Part shown: positions 8,290 through 17,596 of the stretch, in pieces
Numbering within the stretch: the first letter of the stretch is position 1
Layout of the letters: each line of letters opens with the position of its first letter
Virus record (IMG/VR): IMGVR_UViG_3300027759_003827
Coordinates: 1 to 64,000 of that record
Origin: a virus
Length of the DNA: 64,000 bases
Reading direction: 5' to 3' (one strand)
The notes under the pieces: generated by a model
What the model was told of the DNA's origin: nothing
What the model saw: the letters and a program-made list of their open reading frames with translations, nothing else
The model's database searches: none
Program-made: the position numbers and the translations under genes

Positions 8290-8712
8290 TTATGCTTTTA
8301 ATTCATTTGGTATTACTGGACATTCATTATACTCCCACCACTCCGAACCATCATACTCACCTCTTGATAGCCAGGTATTATCTTTCTTAAGCCATACTGT
8401 GCCGAATAGTTCTTGGCCTCCATACCCACTATCATATTTGAAGTCTAATTTGCTTAGGAACTCTGTATACTCTTCTTGAGTATAACCTTCCTTTAATAGG
8501 AAAGGATCCTTGGTTATATAGTTATCATGATCATCCCAATAGTAATGACCTGGTCCTCCATAGACGTGTGCACATTTAACTACACTCTTTGTTCTTTCTA
8601 GGTGACCTAGTAGTTCTTCTTTAGCATTTGTCATATCGATTGATCTTAGTTGTTTGAATAGTTCTTCTCCTTTACCGTTATCCATATTACTTACGTTTGA
8701 ATTTAATTTCAT
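8290..8712 (-). CDS. hypothetical protein (YDSGYGGQELFGTVW...RGEYDGSEWW phage family); start probably downstream of 8712
   Basis: ORF track; overlap with the next gene suggests a later start. Confidence 0.8.
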   Translation of the reverse strand: MKLNSNVSNMDNGKGEELFKQLRSIDMTNAKEELLGHLERTKSVVKCAHVYGGPGHYYWDDHDNYITKDPFLLKEGYTQEEYTEFLSKLDFKYDSGYGGQELFGTVWLKKDNTWLSRGEYDGSEWWEYNECPVIPNELKA

Positions 8713-8893
8713 TCAATATCATCATAGGAACCATTACCCATGATACGATAGCGGCAGGAAATATCATTGCAATTATCTCAAGTAGAGTGACATACTCCTC
8801 ATCATCACCTCGCTTACTTGAGGGGTGCTTTGCAATCCATATTACTCCGATAATAGTTGTCGCGATCCAATAGATAAGTAAAAATGTTTTCAT
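8687..8893 (-). CDS. small membrane protein
   Basis: two hydrophobic segments; promoter at 8911. Confidence 0.75.
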   Translation of the reverse strand: MKTFLLIYWIATTIIGVIWIAKHPSSKRGDDEEYVTLLEIIAMIFPAAIVSWVMVPMMILNEIKFKRK

Positions 8894-8910
8894 AACTTTT
8901 ATTATTTAAC

Positions 8911-8942
8911 TAAAGATAGATAAAACTAATCTATCTACCAAC
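8911..8942 (-). promoter_or_regulatory. early promoter with inverted repeat
   Basis: GTTG-N20-TATCTTTA; AGATAGAT-N7-ATCTATCT. Confidence 0.75.
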
Positions 8943-9453
8943 TTTTTTCTTTATTTATACTCCACTCTAGATAATCGCTATTATTCACCTCATAACCCCA
9001 GTGTAAGAGCGATTGCTGTATACGCGGACTAACCTTCCAGTCCTTAGTACTTGCTACTTTACTGTATATGTTATTTCTCCATCTACCCTTTATACCGCAG
9101 AAGTCCTGCCACCTCGCTATCTGTCTTTTATCATCTTCACCTCTCCTTCCCATATCGTACTTACACCACCATTCGAACCATCCGTATGGATCATCTTTAT
9201 GCATCCAACCCATATCCTTCCAGTATCGGTAATCCATACCAGACCTTATTCCCCATTTATTTAACTTAGGCTTATACTTATCACTCAGGTATAACTCCCT
9301 ATCGAGCCCGTTGAAATGATATTCGAATAACGCCTCGTAGTCATACTCCACCGCACCCACGATAGGTAATCCGAAATAAGACCCGCCAAAGGCGCCTGCC
9401 TCGATAACTTGTCGCGGGGTTAGATTGGGATAAAATGATAAACTGCTATACAT
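8935..9453 (-). CDS. conserved hypothetical protein (FYPNLTP...GAFGGSYF...DPYGWFEW...GRR..DD.RQI.RW family)
   Basis: recognisable Trp/Arg motif family; function unknown. Confidence 0.8.
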   Translation of the reverse strand: MYSSLSFYPNLTPRQVIEAGAFGGSYFGLPIVGAVEYDYEALFEYHFNGLDRELYLSDKYKPKLNKWGIRSGMDYRYWKDMGWMHKDDPYGWFEWWCKYDMGRRGEDDKRQIARWQDFCGIKGRWRNNIYSKVASTKDWKVSPRIQQSLLHWGYEVNNSDYLEWSINKEKSW

Positions 9454-9471
9454 AACTCTTATTAATTAACA

Positions 9472-9503
9472 TAAAGATAGATAGAATTACTCTACCTATC
9501 AAC
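9472..9503 (-). promoter_or_regulatory. early promoter with inverted repeat
   Basis: GTTG-N20-TATCTTTA; GATAGGTAGA-N5-TCTATCTATC. Confidence 0.75.
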
Positions 9504-9527
9504 TTTATATATACTTATTTTTGAGGA

Positions 9528-9668
9528 TCAGGCCTCGCGATTTATTCGGATTAACTCTAGCGTATAGCTGAATAAGTCCCATGGTGCGGGGTAGCCTTTA
9601 TAGGCCTTTCCTTTGTTATCGATTATAGTTATGGAGGTCGGTATCCACATCAAGTCTTTAAATGTCAT
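9528..9668 (-). CDS. possible 46-aa protein (MTFKDLMWIPTSITIIDNKGKAYKGY...)
   Basis: translated by hand; fills an otherwise empty gap. Confidence 0.45.
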   Translation of the reverse strand: MTFKDLMWIPTSITIIDNKGKAYKGYPAPWDLFSYTLELIRINREA

Positions 9669-9763
9669 CGTGATTGGGTTTAGTACTCAAGACAGGGTAG
9701 GGTCCAGCTTGAACGAAGTGCATTATATCTTAAAAATATATATATAAGTGATCGCGACGCCCC

Positions 9764-9994
9764 TTAATGCTTATGCGGCGCCCCCTTTGCTTCGTGTTCT
9801 GCTATCGGATCCTTTTTTACTTTTATCTCTAATTCCTTCTTGTAGTTGTAATGAGCTACCATATCTACAAGTGCGTCGTTAATCATATCAATCTTATGTT
9901 CAACTAGCATCTTAGCATAGCCTCTATAGTCAACAAATGCTTTAGACATATTACCTTCGTCGTCTATTAATCTAATTTCAATTTTACTTAACAT
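9764..9994 (-). CDS. hypothetical protein
   Basis: ORF track. Confidence 0.75.
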   Translation of the reverse strand: MLSKIEIRLIDDEGNMSKAFVDYRGYAKMLVEHKIDMINDALVDMVAHYNYKKELEIKVKKDPIAEHEAKGAPHKH

Positions 9995-10004
9995 AATTAA
10001 AGTT

Positions 10005-10343
10005 TTATTTCCAAAATATTTGTAATGCTATAATTAGTACTCCTAATCCTATACATACCAAGGTCTTTAAGGTAAATGGTTCTTTAAAGAGATAATGACT
10101 TAATAAACTAAATACAACTATCCCTAAACCAAATCCAATCAAGCGACTAGGCCATATTTCACCGCTAAATGCTGCTACAAAATACTCAACAGATTTAACG
10201 TAGACAATACCTACAGGGATGCTTAGTAACATCATTGGCCAGTAGTATTTTGGATACCAACCTAGCTTCATAGCTCCTTGGAACTGCATATAGGATCCTA
10301 TTTGCCCTAATAAGCCGTAAAGTATACCGTAGAATAGATTCAT
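10005..10343 (-). CDS. 4-TM membrane protein, DMT/EamA-like
   Basis: four hydrophobic helices; LFKEPFTLK pattern. Confidence 0.65.
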   Translation of the reverse strand: MNLFYGILYGLLGQIGSYMQFQGAMKLGWYPKYYWPMMLLSIPVGIVYVKSVEYFVAAFSGEIWPSRLIGFGLGIVVFSLLSHYLFKEPFTLKTLVCIGLGVLIIALQIFWK

Positions 10344-10564
10344 TAGATAGTTCCTTTTCTTTTATCGAACTCTTCTTTAGTCTCTACGCTGGTAACAACA
10401 GTATAACGAGCTGGATATAATCCTACTAGTCTATCGCTCATGGTATCAGTATCAAAGATTGAGAATAAAATACTCTCTCCTTTGAATTCCATTTTATCGG
10501 CCCATACACCTCTTTCTAGATTCTCTTTGTCTTCTCTTAAGACAATTACTCTGTACAAATTCAT
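10343..10564 (-). CDS. hypothetical protein
   Basis: ORF track, TAATG coupling. Confidence 0.75.
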   Translation of the reverse strand: MNLYRVIVLREDKENLERGVWADKMEFKGESILFSIFDTDTMSDRLVGLYPARYTVVTSVETKEEFDKRKGTI

Positions 10565-10566
10565 AT

Positions 10567-10845
10567 TTATTTTTTCTTTTTGTTGTGATAATATTTTTTC
10601 TTCGGTTTAGGTTTTTCTTCGTAATGCTCTCCGGTATTACCGTTCTGTCCTATAATGTCCATTCTCTTATTGACTTCTACTTCATCAAACAGCCTATTAT
10701 ACCTTTCTGCATCAACAGGATTTACATGCTTCCAAGCATATTCAAGCTCAGGTTCATTAAAGTCTTCGTCTAGTCCATCATACTCCTGTAAGGCTTTAAT
10801 AACTCTATCGAGCTTTGCCTCTATTCTATCTAACTGCTCTTTCAT
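10567..10845 (-). CDS. hypothetical protein (RMDIIGQNGNTGEHYE motif)
   Basis: ORF track. Confidence 0.75.
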   Translation of the reverse strand: MKEQLDRIEAKLDRVIKALQEYDGLDEDFNEPELEYAWKHVNPVDAERYNRLFDEVEVNKRMDIIGQNGNTGEHYEEKPKPKKKYYHNKKKK

Positions 10846-10856
10846 AATCTAAATAA

Positions 10857-10880
10857 AAGATCCGGGGTTAGCCGGATCTT
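10857..10880 (-). terminator. intrinsic terminator
   Basis: AAGATCCGG-N6-CCGGATCTT followed by a T-rich tract on the minus strand. Confidence 0.75.
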
Positions 10881-10888
10881 GTTTTGTT

Positions 10889-11056
10889 CTACTTCGCCAT
10901 TGCTTGGTAATGGTATGTAGCTGTACCTTGAGCCGATACTTGAATACCGCCTACTAAGTTCCATCCTCTAGCTAATAAGGTATTTACTTCGCTAATTAAA
11001 GTGCTCATGTCTGTGAAGACTACCACTGCATACTGAGTGAATTTTTGATCTGCCAT
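10889..11056 (-). CDS. DUF1737-like small protein (55 aa)
   Basis: translated by hand: ...LISEVNTLLARGWNLVGGIQV...YQAMAK. Confidence 0.7.
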   Translation of the reverse strand: MADQKFTQYAVVVFTDMSTLISEVNTLLARGWNLVGGIQVSAQGTATYHYQAMAK

Positions 11057-11057
11057 G

Positions 11058-11480
11058 TTATTTGTTTTTTCTTGTTAACATTATAAAATATACTTTATCA
11101 TGAGTACTCTTTAGAGTACCTTCTCTTTTTAATTTACCTATTTCTTGCCAATACTCAGAAGTCTTCGGGTAATGTTTTTCAAGTAGAGTACTAAAGTAAT
11201 AAGACTCTTCTTGAGACCAGTTTCTACATTCCGTTATTCCATTATAGAGAGATGAAGAATAAAATCTCTTAGGGTAAGTTTTCTTAAACCAATCTTCAGC
11301 CTTTACAGCTCTCTCTTTAGTTACCCACATAGACCATAACACCATTACGTCATAATCTCTACCTAGCGGTACGTTTCTCCAGGCACGTTTTGTATGTACA
11401 GCTGGATCATACCTTTCAAGTACGTCATCTGAGTTCGTTTTACCGAACTTATACATGCGATATGGGTCAATCTTAAACAT
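11058..11480 (-). CDS. possible GIY-YIG/T5orf172-like protein
   Basis: MYKFGKT..DV.ER, AE..F, GITE pattern. Confidence 0.55.
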   Translation of the reverse strand: MFKIDPYRMYKFGKTNSDDVLERYDPAVHTKRAWRNVPLGRDYDVMVLWSMWVTKERAVKAEDWFKKTYPKRFYSSSLYNGITECRNWSQEESYYFSTLLEKHYPKTSEYWQEIGKLKREGTLKSTHDKVYFIMLTRKNK

Positions 11481-11483
11481 ATC

Positions 11484-11515
11484 TAAATATAAGTACTTTA
11501 TCTCAATCTACCAAC
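11484..11515 (-). promoter_or_regulatory. early promoter
   Basis: GTTG-N20-TATATTTA, 3 bp before ATG 11480. Confidence 0.65.
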
Positions 11516-11531
11516 TGTTTTAAATTAAAAA

Positions 11532-11549
11532 AGCCTACTTTCGTAGGCT
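11532..11549 (-). terminator. intrinsic terminator
   Basis: AGCCTAC-GAAA-GTAGGCT-TTTT. Confidence 0.85.
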
Positions 11550-11569
11550 CTTCTATATCTAAAATATGT

Positions 11570-12241
11570 TTACTTTACAAGCAAAGTATATGCAAGTCCT
11601 CCGATAATGATATAGGATCCTATCTTTTGGAATTTATTCTTTACTTGTAACTTCTTATAATTAAGATTTAAGTTATCATATTGCTTTGACCACTGATTAA
11701 TTTTAAGATCTTGATTACTAATGATAGACTTAAAGCGAATTTCTTTATTTGCATATAAGCCAATAGTACTATCTTTTAAAGTAATACGAGATTCCTGTAT
11801 AGCTATTACACTGTCCTTAATTACTATCTCATGTTTAACTCCGTCATAAGCGGCTAAATCTTTAGCTACAAAAGTAAGTACCGGGTGTGCTACTGGAAGG
11901 GGATGAGTAGTAGTATCTTTTGGATAGCGTTGATTTAAATAGCTAACTAGTTCGTGCTCTGTAAAATTATCTATCCTATTCTTTTCTACCTCTACTATCT
12001 CTTTTATCTTAATAACTCTAGTCTTTTGATGCTCTACTTGATAAGTTAGAGAGCTATCTAAAGCTTTCAACTCTTCTATCTTCTTATCATCTAGTACATT
12101 TACTGCTACTAAAGAATCATTTACCTTATCAAGGCTATCTAGCTTATCTTGAAAGCTAGCAGTTCCTTTAATGTCCCCTAATGTAAATAAGCCATATCCT
12201 ACGAAGGCTAAAATTGCTACGATTCCGATTTTCTTTAACAT
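11570..12241 (-). CDS. coiled-coil protein with N- and C-terminal membrane anchors (spanin-like?)
   Basis: hydrophobic ends, heptad-rich core. Confidence 0.6.
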   Translation of the reverse strand: MLKKIGIVAILAFVGYGLFTLGDIKGTASFQDKLDSLDKVNDSLVAVNVLDDKKIEELKALDSSLTYQVEHQKTRVIKIKEIVEVEKNRIDNFTEHELVSYLNQRYPKDTTTHPLPVAHPVLTFVAKDLAAYDGVKHEIVIKDSVIAIQESRITLKDSTIGLYANKEIRFKSIISNQDLKINQWSKQYDNLNLNYKKLQVKNKFQKIGSYIIIGGLAYTLLVK

Positions 12242-12245
12242 ATTA

Positions 12246-12512
12246 TTATTTAATTGGTGTTATTTGATCCATTGCATTCATTTGATAACCTATTCCGTTA
12301 TCTCTTTTAACGTCTTTATTCTCAAGATAACCTGTATTATCTGCATCCCAATGGTTTAGATACGTTACATGATCTCCTACCTCATCGTTTTCTTCAAATC
12401 CTATATACCAATCAGCATCAGAAGAATGCATATTAGAACTCTTTACATTCCAATCCTGCACCTCTCTTGCTAATTTCTCTATTATCTTTCTAACTACTTG
12501 AGTATTGCTCAT
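12246..12512 (-). CDS. hypothetical protein
   Basis: ORF track; CTATTTATA motif at 12518-12526. Confidence 0.75.
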   Translation of the reverse strand: MSNTQVVRKIIEKLAREVQDWNVKSSNMHSSDADWYIGFEENDEVGDHVTYLNHWDADNTGYLENKDVKRDNGIGYQMNAMDQITPIK

Positions 12513-12532
12513 ATAGTTATAAATAGTTGTAT

Positions 12533-12850
12533 TTAATCTTCTACTAGATCTCTCTTAACGTTACTACCTACCGTTGGTGTAGAAGGATTAACAGCATACT
12601 TAACCATGCCGTCTACTACTCTTCTTAAATAGCCTCCTGAGATAGTCTTGTCTGTTACTTCGTTATAGATTTCTTGCTTTGATTCTGGATACTTCTTTGT
12701 ATAGGCTTCGTGATCAAGAACCTTTTCGATCTTACCTAATAAGAAAGATTCTCCTACTCTAGGATTAGAATCTCTTGTTGTATCGTACCAGGTATTATCT
12801 ACTAATACGTACGCTCTACTTGAATTTAAAAATAATACTTCGTGCTTCAT
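12533..12850 (-). CDS. hypothetical protein
   Basis: ORF track. Confidence 0.8.
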   Translation of the reverse strand: MKHEVLFLNSSRAYVLVDNTWYDTTRDSNPRVGESFLLGKIEKVLDHEAYTKKYPESKQEIYNEVTDKTISGGYLRRVVDGMVKYAVNPSTPTVGSNVKRDLVED

Positions 12851-12897
12851 AACTGTTTGTTGTTGGTTTATATCTGAAGATAAGGACTTTATCTCAA

Positions 12898-13488
12898 TTA
12901 TATACCTGCTTCTTCAAATATTTTTATATATTTTTCTTCCATTACTTGATAATTCATTCTAAAGCTAGCAGGCATCTTCTTCCATACTTTAGGGTTTCTA
13001 GCAGGAGAGTTATCAGGATGACACCAACGTCTTGTCATGTAGAGGTAATTATAAAACTGTACGTAAGCATTTGCTTTCCTTGTATAAACCTTTACATCTA
13101 TAGGAAGGTTCCATTTTTTAATTAACTTAACAGACCTCTTTTCATTATCTAGTTCCATATCTCTAGTTTTAGCTAGAGCTCTTTCTATATTAGGAACCTC
13201 TTTACCGTTTAGCCATTCATCTACATTATCTATCTTATAGGTATCTTTCCATTCCTTACATTGATCTATCCATTGAGTTAGATGTGCATACTCGTGGACT
13301 AAAGTCATTAGCCAATTCTGGTCTTTCCTAGCTACAAATAATTCTTTGAGGTCGTCTGGTTCGCAATAGCCAACGCATCTGATATTTTCAGGAGTACTAA
13401 CAGTCTTTGTTGGCTTAAGTCTAAACTTAATTCCATGTGCTCGGCACTCAGACTTAACATGCTTAATAAATTCCTGAACGTTACTCAT
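12898..13488 (-). CDS. HExxH zinc metallopeptidase-like protein (likely start MSNVQEF at 13488)
   Basis: LVHEYAHLTQW...ELDNE; promoter-like TTTG-N20-TATATTTT at 13496-13527 overlaps the longer track start. Confidence 0.75.
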   Translation of the reverse strand: MSNVQEFIKHVKSECRAHGIKFRLKPTKTVSTPENIRCVGYCEPDDLKELFVARKDQNWLMTLVHEYAHLTQWIDQCKEWKDTYKIDNVDEWLNGKEVPNIERALAKTRDMELDNEKRSVKLIKKWNLPIDVKVYTRKANAYVQFYNYLYMTRRWCHPDNSPARNPKVWKKMPASFRMNYQVMEEKYIKIFEEAGI

Positions 13489-13533
13489 AACTCTAAAAAT
13501 ATAAGAAGAAAAAAACAAGTTACCAAATAAGAA

Positions 13534-13549
13534 AGCCCCTTTCGGGGCT
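13534..13549 (-). terminator. intrinsic terminator
   Basis: AGCCCC-GAAA-GGGGCT-TTCTT. Confidence 0.85.
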
Positions 13550-13554
13550 CTTAT

Positions 13555-15105
13555 CTAAAAATCGTATTGTGCATTTATTGCCTCTTTAGCCTTCTCGTCG
13601 ATTTCGTGTTGAAGGAAGTTTTTAATATCTCCTCCATCAAATCCATCGGCCATTAAGTCCTTCATAATCATTCCAGTTACTTTATGGAATGCATCGTGAA
13701 GCTTTGTATCTAACATACTCTCTATTCTTTCGTGTTCACCTTCTTCATTTTCCCACATCTCAGCTTTAGTCATTACCAAGCCTGTTCTGTTTCCTCCCAG
13801 GTTAGAAGGATTATGTTTTGGAGTTTTAGTTGGTTCGTTATAATGAGCCGGTCTCTCTGCAGGAACTTCTTCGTCTTCTTCCTTTTTAATATTAAAGCCT
13901 TCCATTATTTTTGGATTCTTTCCAGCTTTTTCTAACAAGCTAGCAATTTCTTTCTTAATAGTCTTATAAGACTCAATAAACTCTTTTAATTGCTTTCTTT
14001 CGTCTGGAGATAATACTGACATTCCGAATGGAGCTTGATCTTCATTAGCCATTATAGTTTGTCCTGTAGCTTGTAATGGAGGCATATGTAAGCCTTCTGC
14101 CATTCCTTTTAAGTTTTTGTTTATTGCACTTACGTAGTCCATTAACCAATCTTCAAAGTATCCGTATCCTGAAAGTAAATTACTTACCTCTACTTTTTTC
14201 ATTCCAGCTTCTAACATTTCATGCCCTGCCCAGTTTATAACCTCGTTTTGAAAGTCTTTAACTATTGCATTATATGCCTTAGATAATTCTTGCTGATTAG
14301 GTTTATTGCTTCTAATATCTTGCATGTGCTCTTCATAAGCTGCTTGGTACTTATCGAATTTTGGCTTTAGTTCTGCACCGTACTTTTTTACAACTACCTT
14401 AGCTACTGTTTCTGGATCATGCATATTAGGCTTATCCTCTTCTTCGTCTAAATCTCTCTCAGCATTCTCTGCCTCTTCATCATCCATCTCTCTTTTCTTT
14501 CTTCCCGCTTCTCTCTCTTCTTCGCTATCTTCATCTTCAGGACCATCGTCATGAGATCTAACTCCAGCTATCTCTTGAAGCTTTTTTATTTCATTCTCCC
14601 AGAATTCACCATCGTTAAAATCTCCTCCTGCCATATCGAAATCATCTCTCGGCTCTTCGTAATCAGCGTCAGTATCCGGTTCGTAATCATAATCATCGTA
14701 ATCATTAGCAATAATACCTAGGTCATCTACAAATTCTGCTGCTGCTTGTGCTGCTGGCATAGTTCCGTATTGAGTCATTGGGTCTGTATGATCTAAGGCT
14801 TTCATTACTCTAGCTTCTGCTTCTCCTGCTAGTCCCATTCCTGAGATAGCAGCTTGAAATTCTTCATACCATTGATCGTTACCAGGATGACTCTCTTTCA
14901 TCGCTCTTCCTGTACCGATAGCTTTTCCTACAGCCTTACGACGATTTGCTAAGTACTTATCTGTCTTATCAGTATCGCCGTCATTGTCAATATCGCCATC
15001 TTCTTTACCTACAGGATCTAAAGATTCGCTTAACATCTTCTTGGGAGCGCCTTTCTTAAAGCCGTCCATCATTTTCTTATAATCTACGTGAGATATATAG
15101 CTCAT
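13555..15105 (-). CDS. acidic modular protein, probable internal head protein
   Basis: [31 protein letters not shown] motif; many L/M/I-x-E sites; late-type motif at 15121. Confidence 0.6.
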   Translation of the reverse strand: MSYISHVDYKKMMDGFKKGAPKKMLSESLDPVGKEDGDIDNDGDTDKTDKYLANRRKAVGKAIGTGRAMKESHPGNDQWYEEFQAAISGMGLAGEAEARVMKALDHTDPMTQYGTMPAAQAAAEFVDDLGIIANDYDDYDYEPDTDADYEEPRDDFDMAGGDFNDGEFWENEIKKLQEIAGVRSHDDGPEDEDSEEEREAGRKKREMDDEEAENAERDLDEEEDKPNMHDPETVAKVVVKKYGAELKPKFDKYQAAYEEHMQDIRSNKPNQQELSKAYNAIVKDFQNEVINWAGHEMLEAGMKKVEVSNLLSGYGYFEDWLMDYVSAINKNLKGMAEGLHMPPLQATGQTIMANEDQAPFGMSVLSPDERKQLKEFIESYKTIKKEIASLLEKAGKNPKIMEGFNIKKEEDEEVPAERPAHYNEPTKTPKHNPSNLGGNRTGLVMTKAEMWENEEGEHERIESMLDTKLHDAFHKVTGMIMKDLMADGFDGGDIKNFLQHEIDEKAKEAINAQYDF

Positions 15106-15143
15106 TTGAAATATATTTATTATAAATAGTTAGTATTTGCTTA

Positions 15144-15296
15144 TTAGTCTTTTGGATCTGGAGCTATTATATGATTCCTCCACCATTTTTTACACTCATT
15201 ATCGTCTGGAAGATCTTCTATTATTTTGCAATCGATAAAGAGTATAGCTCCCATTAGGAATATGCTGATTAACATAATGATTGATAATGTAAACAT
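15144..15296 (-). CDS. small membrane protein (50 aa, ...KKWWRNHIIAPDPKD)
   Basis: translated by hand. Confidence 0.6.
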   Translation of the reverse strand: MFTLSIIMLISIFLMGAILFIDCKIIEDLPDDNECKKWWRNHIIAPDPKD

Positions 15297-15307
15297 AGTA
15301 ATATACT

Positions 15308-16051
15308 TTATAGTTTAAAGATAGTAAATTTATCTTGATAGTCCAACAAAATAGCTGTTCTATTTTCGACCCAATCACCGGAATTTAAATAATGTCCGTT
15401 CCCGATTTTTAGATCAGCTGGTTGATGTATGTGTCCACATATGACTCCATGACAAGCATTCTTAGCAGCCATTTTAATAGCTGTTGTTTCAAAGTCATTA
15501 ACGTAATTAGTTGCTGCTTTCACTCCGGCCTTAATGTCTTGAGATATAGATTGATAAGGTAATTTACGCCATGTCCTATATCTATTATACCATCGATTAA
15601 GCCATAGAGCAAAATCATAGCCAATAGAGCCTATCTTAGATAACCATTTGTACTTTGTAATAAATACGTCTATAACATCACCGTGAAATACAAAATAACG
15701 TTGTTGCTCGTACAAGTCGCCAGTTATCCACTTGCTAGTGTTTATAATATGATTTTCTTTAATCTCAATATTACCAAATTTAGAATCGATAAATTCAGAT
15801 AAAAATTCATCGTGATTGCCTCTAATCCAAATAATTCTAGTCTTATTAGAAAGGTTAAGTACTTTAGATACTACCTTGGTATGCTTTTTTTTCCATTTTG
15901 ACCCTCTATTCAAAGCCCAGCCGTCAATTATGTCTCCATTTAAGATTAATAGATCTGTTGGATGTTGTTCTAGGAACTCAATAAACTCTTCTGCTTTAGA
16001 ATCTTTAGTACCTAAGTGTAGGTCTGAAACAATGATTGCTTTGTAATTCAT
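15308..16051 (-). CDS. LpxH/YbbF-like metallophosphoesterase (UDP-2,3-diacylglucosamine hydrolase family)
   Basis: SDLHLG, GDIIDGW, GNHDE, HGD, CGHIH, NSGDWVE. Confidence 0.85.
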   Translation of the reverse strand: MNYKAIIVSDLHLGTKDSKAEEFIEFLEQHPTDLLILNGDIIDGWALNRGSKWKKKHTKVVSKVLNLSNKTRIIWIRGNHDEFLSEFIDSKFGNIEIKENHIINTSKWITGDLYEQQRYFVFHGDVIDVFITKYKWLSKIGSIGYDFALWLNRWYNRYRTWRKLPYQSISQDIKAGVKAATNYVNDFETTAIKMAAKNACHGVICGHIHQPADLKIGNGHYLNSGDWVENRTAILLDYQDKFTIFKL

Positions 16052-16746
16052 TTCCAGTAATTATGATCATTTTTAAACCATTCAGGATTATTTTTATTCC
16101 ACCAACTGCCTAGCATTAACCTTACCATGTACCATACTCCTTTCTTCTCAAAGCGTCTACTAGAAGTATAAGCTACTTTGTTTATTATCTTAAATTTACT
16201 AGGCTTGACTTTAGAACTTAATAAGTAATCTTCTGCTACTTTAGCTTTTTCATCAAATCCTCCTAGAGTTCTGAATGTATCTGTTTTAAATAACATAAAG
16301 CCTCCTATGGCAAACGGAGTAAACAAAGAGCTAAGCCATTGCACAACATTAAATACTTGAAAGATCCAGTCGTACTTTCCATCTAATGTTTTAAACTTAC
16401 AAGTGACTAAATCATAATCTCCTCCAATTGCGGTAGCTAAGCATTTACTAATCATATTAGGCTCTTGCAAGTAAATGTCTGCATCTAAAAATAAAACATA
16501 AGGAGTTCTTACATATGCAGCTCCATTATTACGAGCTACAGAAGGTAATCCTCCTCTAACTATTTTAATAATTGTTGCAGTATTTGCTTGATATTTTCTA
16601 AGGAGAAGTAGAGTGTCTTCGTCGTCTGATGAATCTGCTACTATAACTTGACAGTCTAGCTGCTGTCTACGAAGTAACTTAAGGATATCAATAACACCTC
16701 TACCTTCGTTTTTACACGGGATTACTATAGTAAGCTGCTTATTCAT
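16048..16746 (-). CDS. GT2 glycosyltransferase
   Basis: IVIPCKNE, ARNNGA, FLDAD, GGFDE..AED, TSSRRF. Confidence 0.9.
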   Translation of the reverse strand: MNKQLTIVIPCKNEGRGVIDILKLLRRQQLDCQVIVADSSDDEDTLLLLRKYQANTATIIKIVRGGLPSVARNNGAAYVRTPYVLFLDADIYLQEPNMISKCLATAIGGDYDLVTCKFKTLDGKYDWIFQVFNVVQWLSSLFTPFAIGGFMLFKTDTFRTLGGFDEKAKVAEDYLLSSKVKPSKFKIINKVAYTSSRRFEKKGVWYMVRLMLGSWWNKNNPEWFKNDHNYWK

Positions 16747-16781
16747 TCCTATATAAATAGTTTAAATATGTAAGCTAGGAA

Positions 16782-16946
16782 CTATTTGTTTGGCTTTAAA
16801 GTAATAGTAATTTCTTTAGAGTCTTTAGCTTTAATAGCAATGACTTTTACTTTTGTAACTTTATAACCTTGGTAGCTTTTTGTAACCTTGTAAGTTAAGA
16901 TTTTGTCTCCGATAAGCCTCTCAACTTCCTCTTTTGTTATTTCCAT
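16782..16946 (-). CDS. hypothetical basic protein (54 aa)
   Basis: translated by hand, MEITKEEVERLIGDK... Confidence 0.55.
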   Translation of the reverse strand: MEITKEEVERLIGDKILTYKVTKSYQGYKVTKVKVIAIKAKDSKEITITLKPNK

Positions 16947-16957
16947 AACTATAAATT

Positions 16958-17218
16958 TTATTCTTCTGCTCTACCTTCTTTTATGTCGGTGTATGTTTTT
17001 AGAGTCCAATGATCGGTATAAAGAGAATCGTATTGCTTCTTCCAATACTCTAGTTCATCTAGCTGCTTAGAGGCTGTGCTATCGATATGTTCAATAGATT
17101 TCTTTAAAGAATCTATTTCAAACTTTTGACTATTAATAGTTCTATTTTGCTCGTATGTCGTATAAATTAACAAACTTATAGATGCTAAACCTAAAATTGC
17201 TTTTAATTTTGTATTCAT
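16958..17218 (-). CDS. membrane-anchored coiled-coil protein (likely start MNTKLK)
   Basis: ORF track; start adjusted to remove overlap. Confidence 0.7.
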   Translation of the reverse strand: MNTKLKAILGLASISLLIYTTYEQNRTINSQKFEIDSLKKSIEHIDSTASKQLDELEYWKKQYDSLYTDHWTLKTYTDIKEGRAEE

Positions 17219-17228
17219 AATTATAATT

Positions 17229-17594
17229 TTAATCCCACCATTTTTCAATATTATCATTCAGATGCTGGAATAGCTCTTGCTTTAGTTTATCATGATCCTC
17301 TACTGCTTTATCTATTCCTTCAGTAGTCCATTCTGTAGCTTCTGATAGATACTTATCGAGATGATATTCAGTTTGTACTTTACTTATTAGATCAATTGTC
17401 TTTAAAATACTATCAGCATCTTCAGTATTAAACACATGAATACCTTTCTCACGAATAAACTTTTCTGTAAATATAAGCTTATGCTTTAGCATTTCGTAAA
17501 TGAAATAATAATCCCAATCACAATCTCTCCATATAATCGGAGCCCATCTAATCAGGTTTTTAATCTTTCTAATATATTCTTTAATTTTCCACAT
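17229..17594 (-). CDS. hypothetical protein (W..RDWD...KWWD family)
   Basis: ORF track. Confidence 0.8.
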   Translation of the reverse strand: MWKIKEYIRKIKNLIRWAPIIWRDCDWDYYFIYEMLKHKLIFTEKFIREKGIHVFNTEDADSILKTIDLISKVQTEYHLDKYLSEATEWTTEGIDKAVEDHDKLKQELFQHLNDNIEKWWD

Positions 17595-17596
17595 AA

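Noticed and set aside
9648-9668. MTFKDLM start of the small ORF resembles MTFEDLM in the tmRNA tag
   Set aside because: Seven-residue similarity with divergent codons and a common N-terminal pattern; likely chance.
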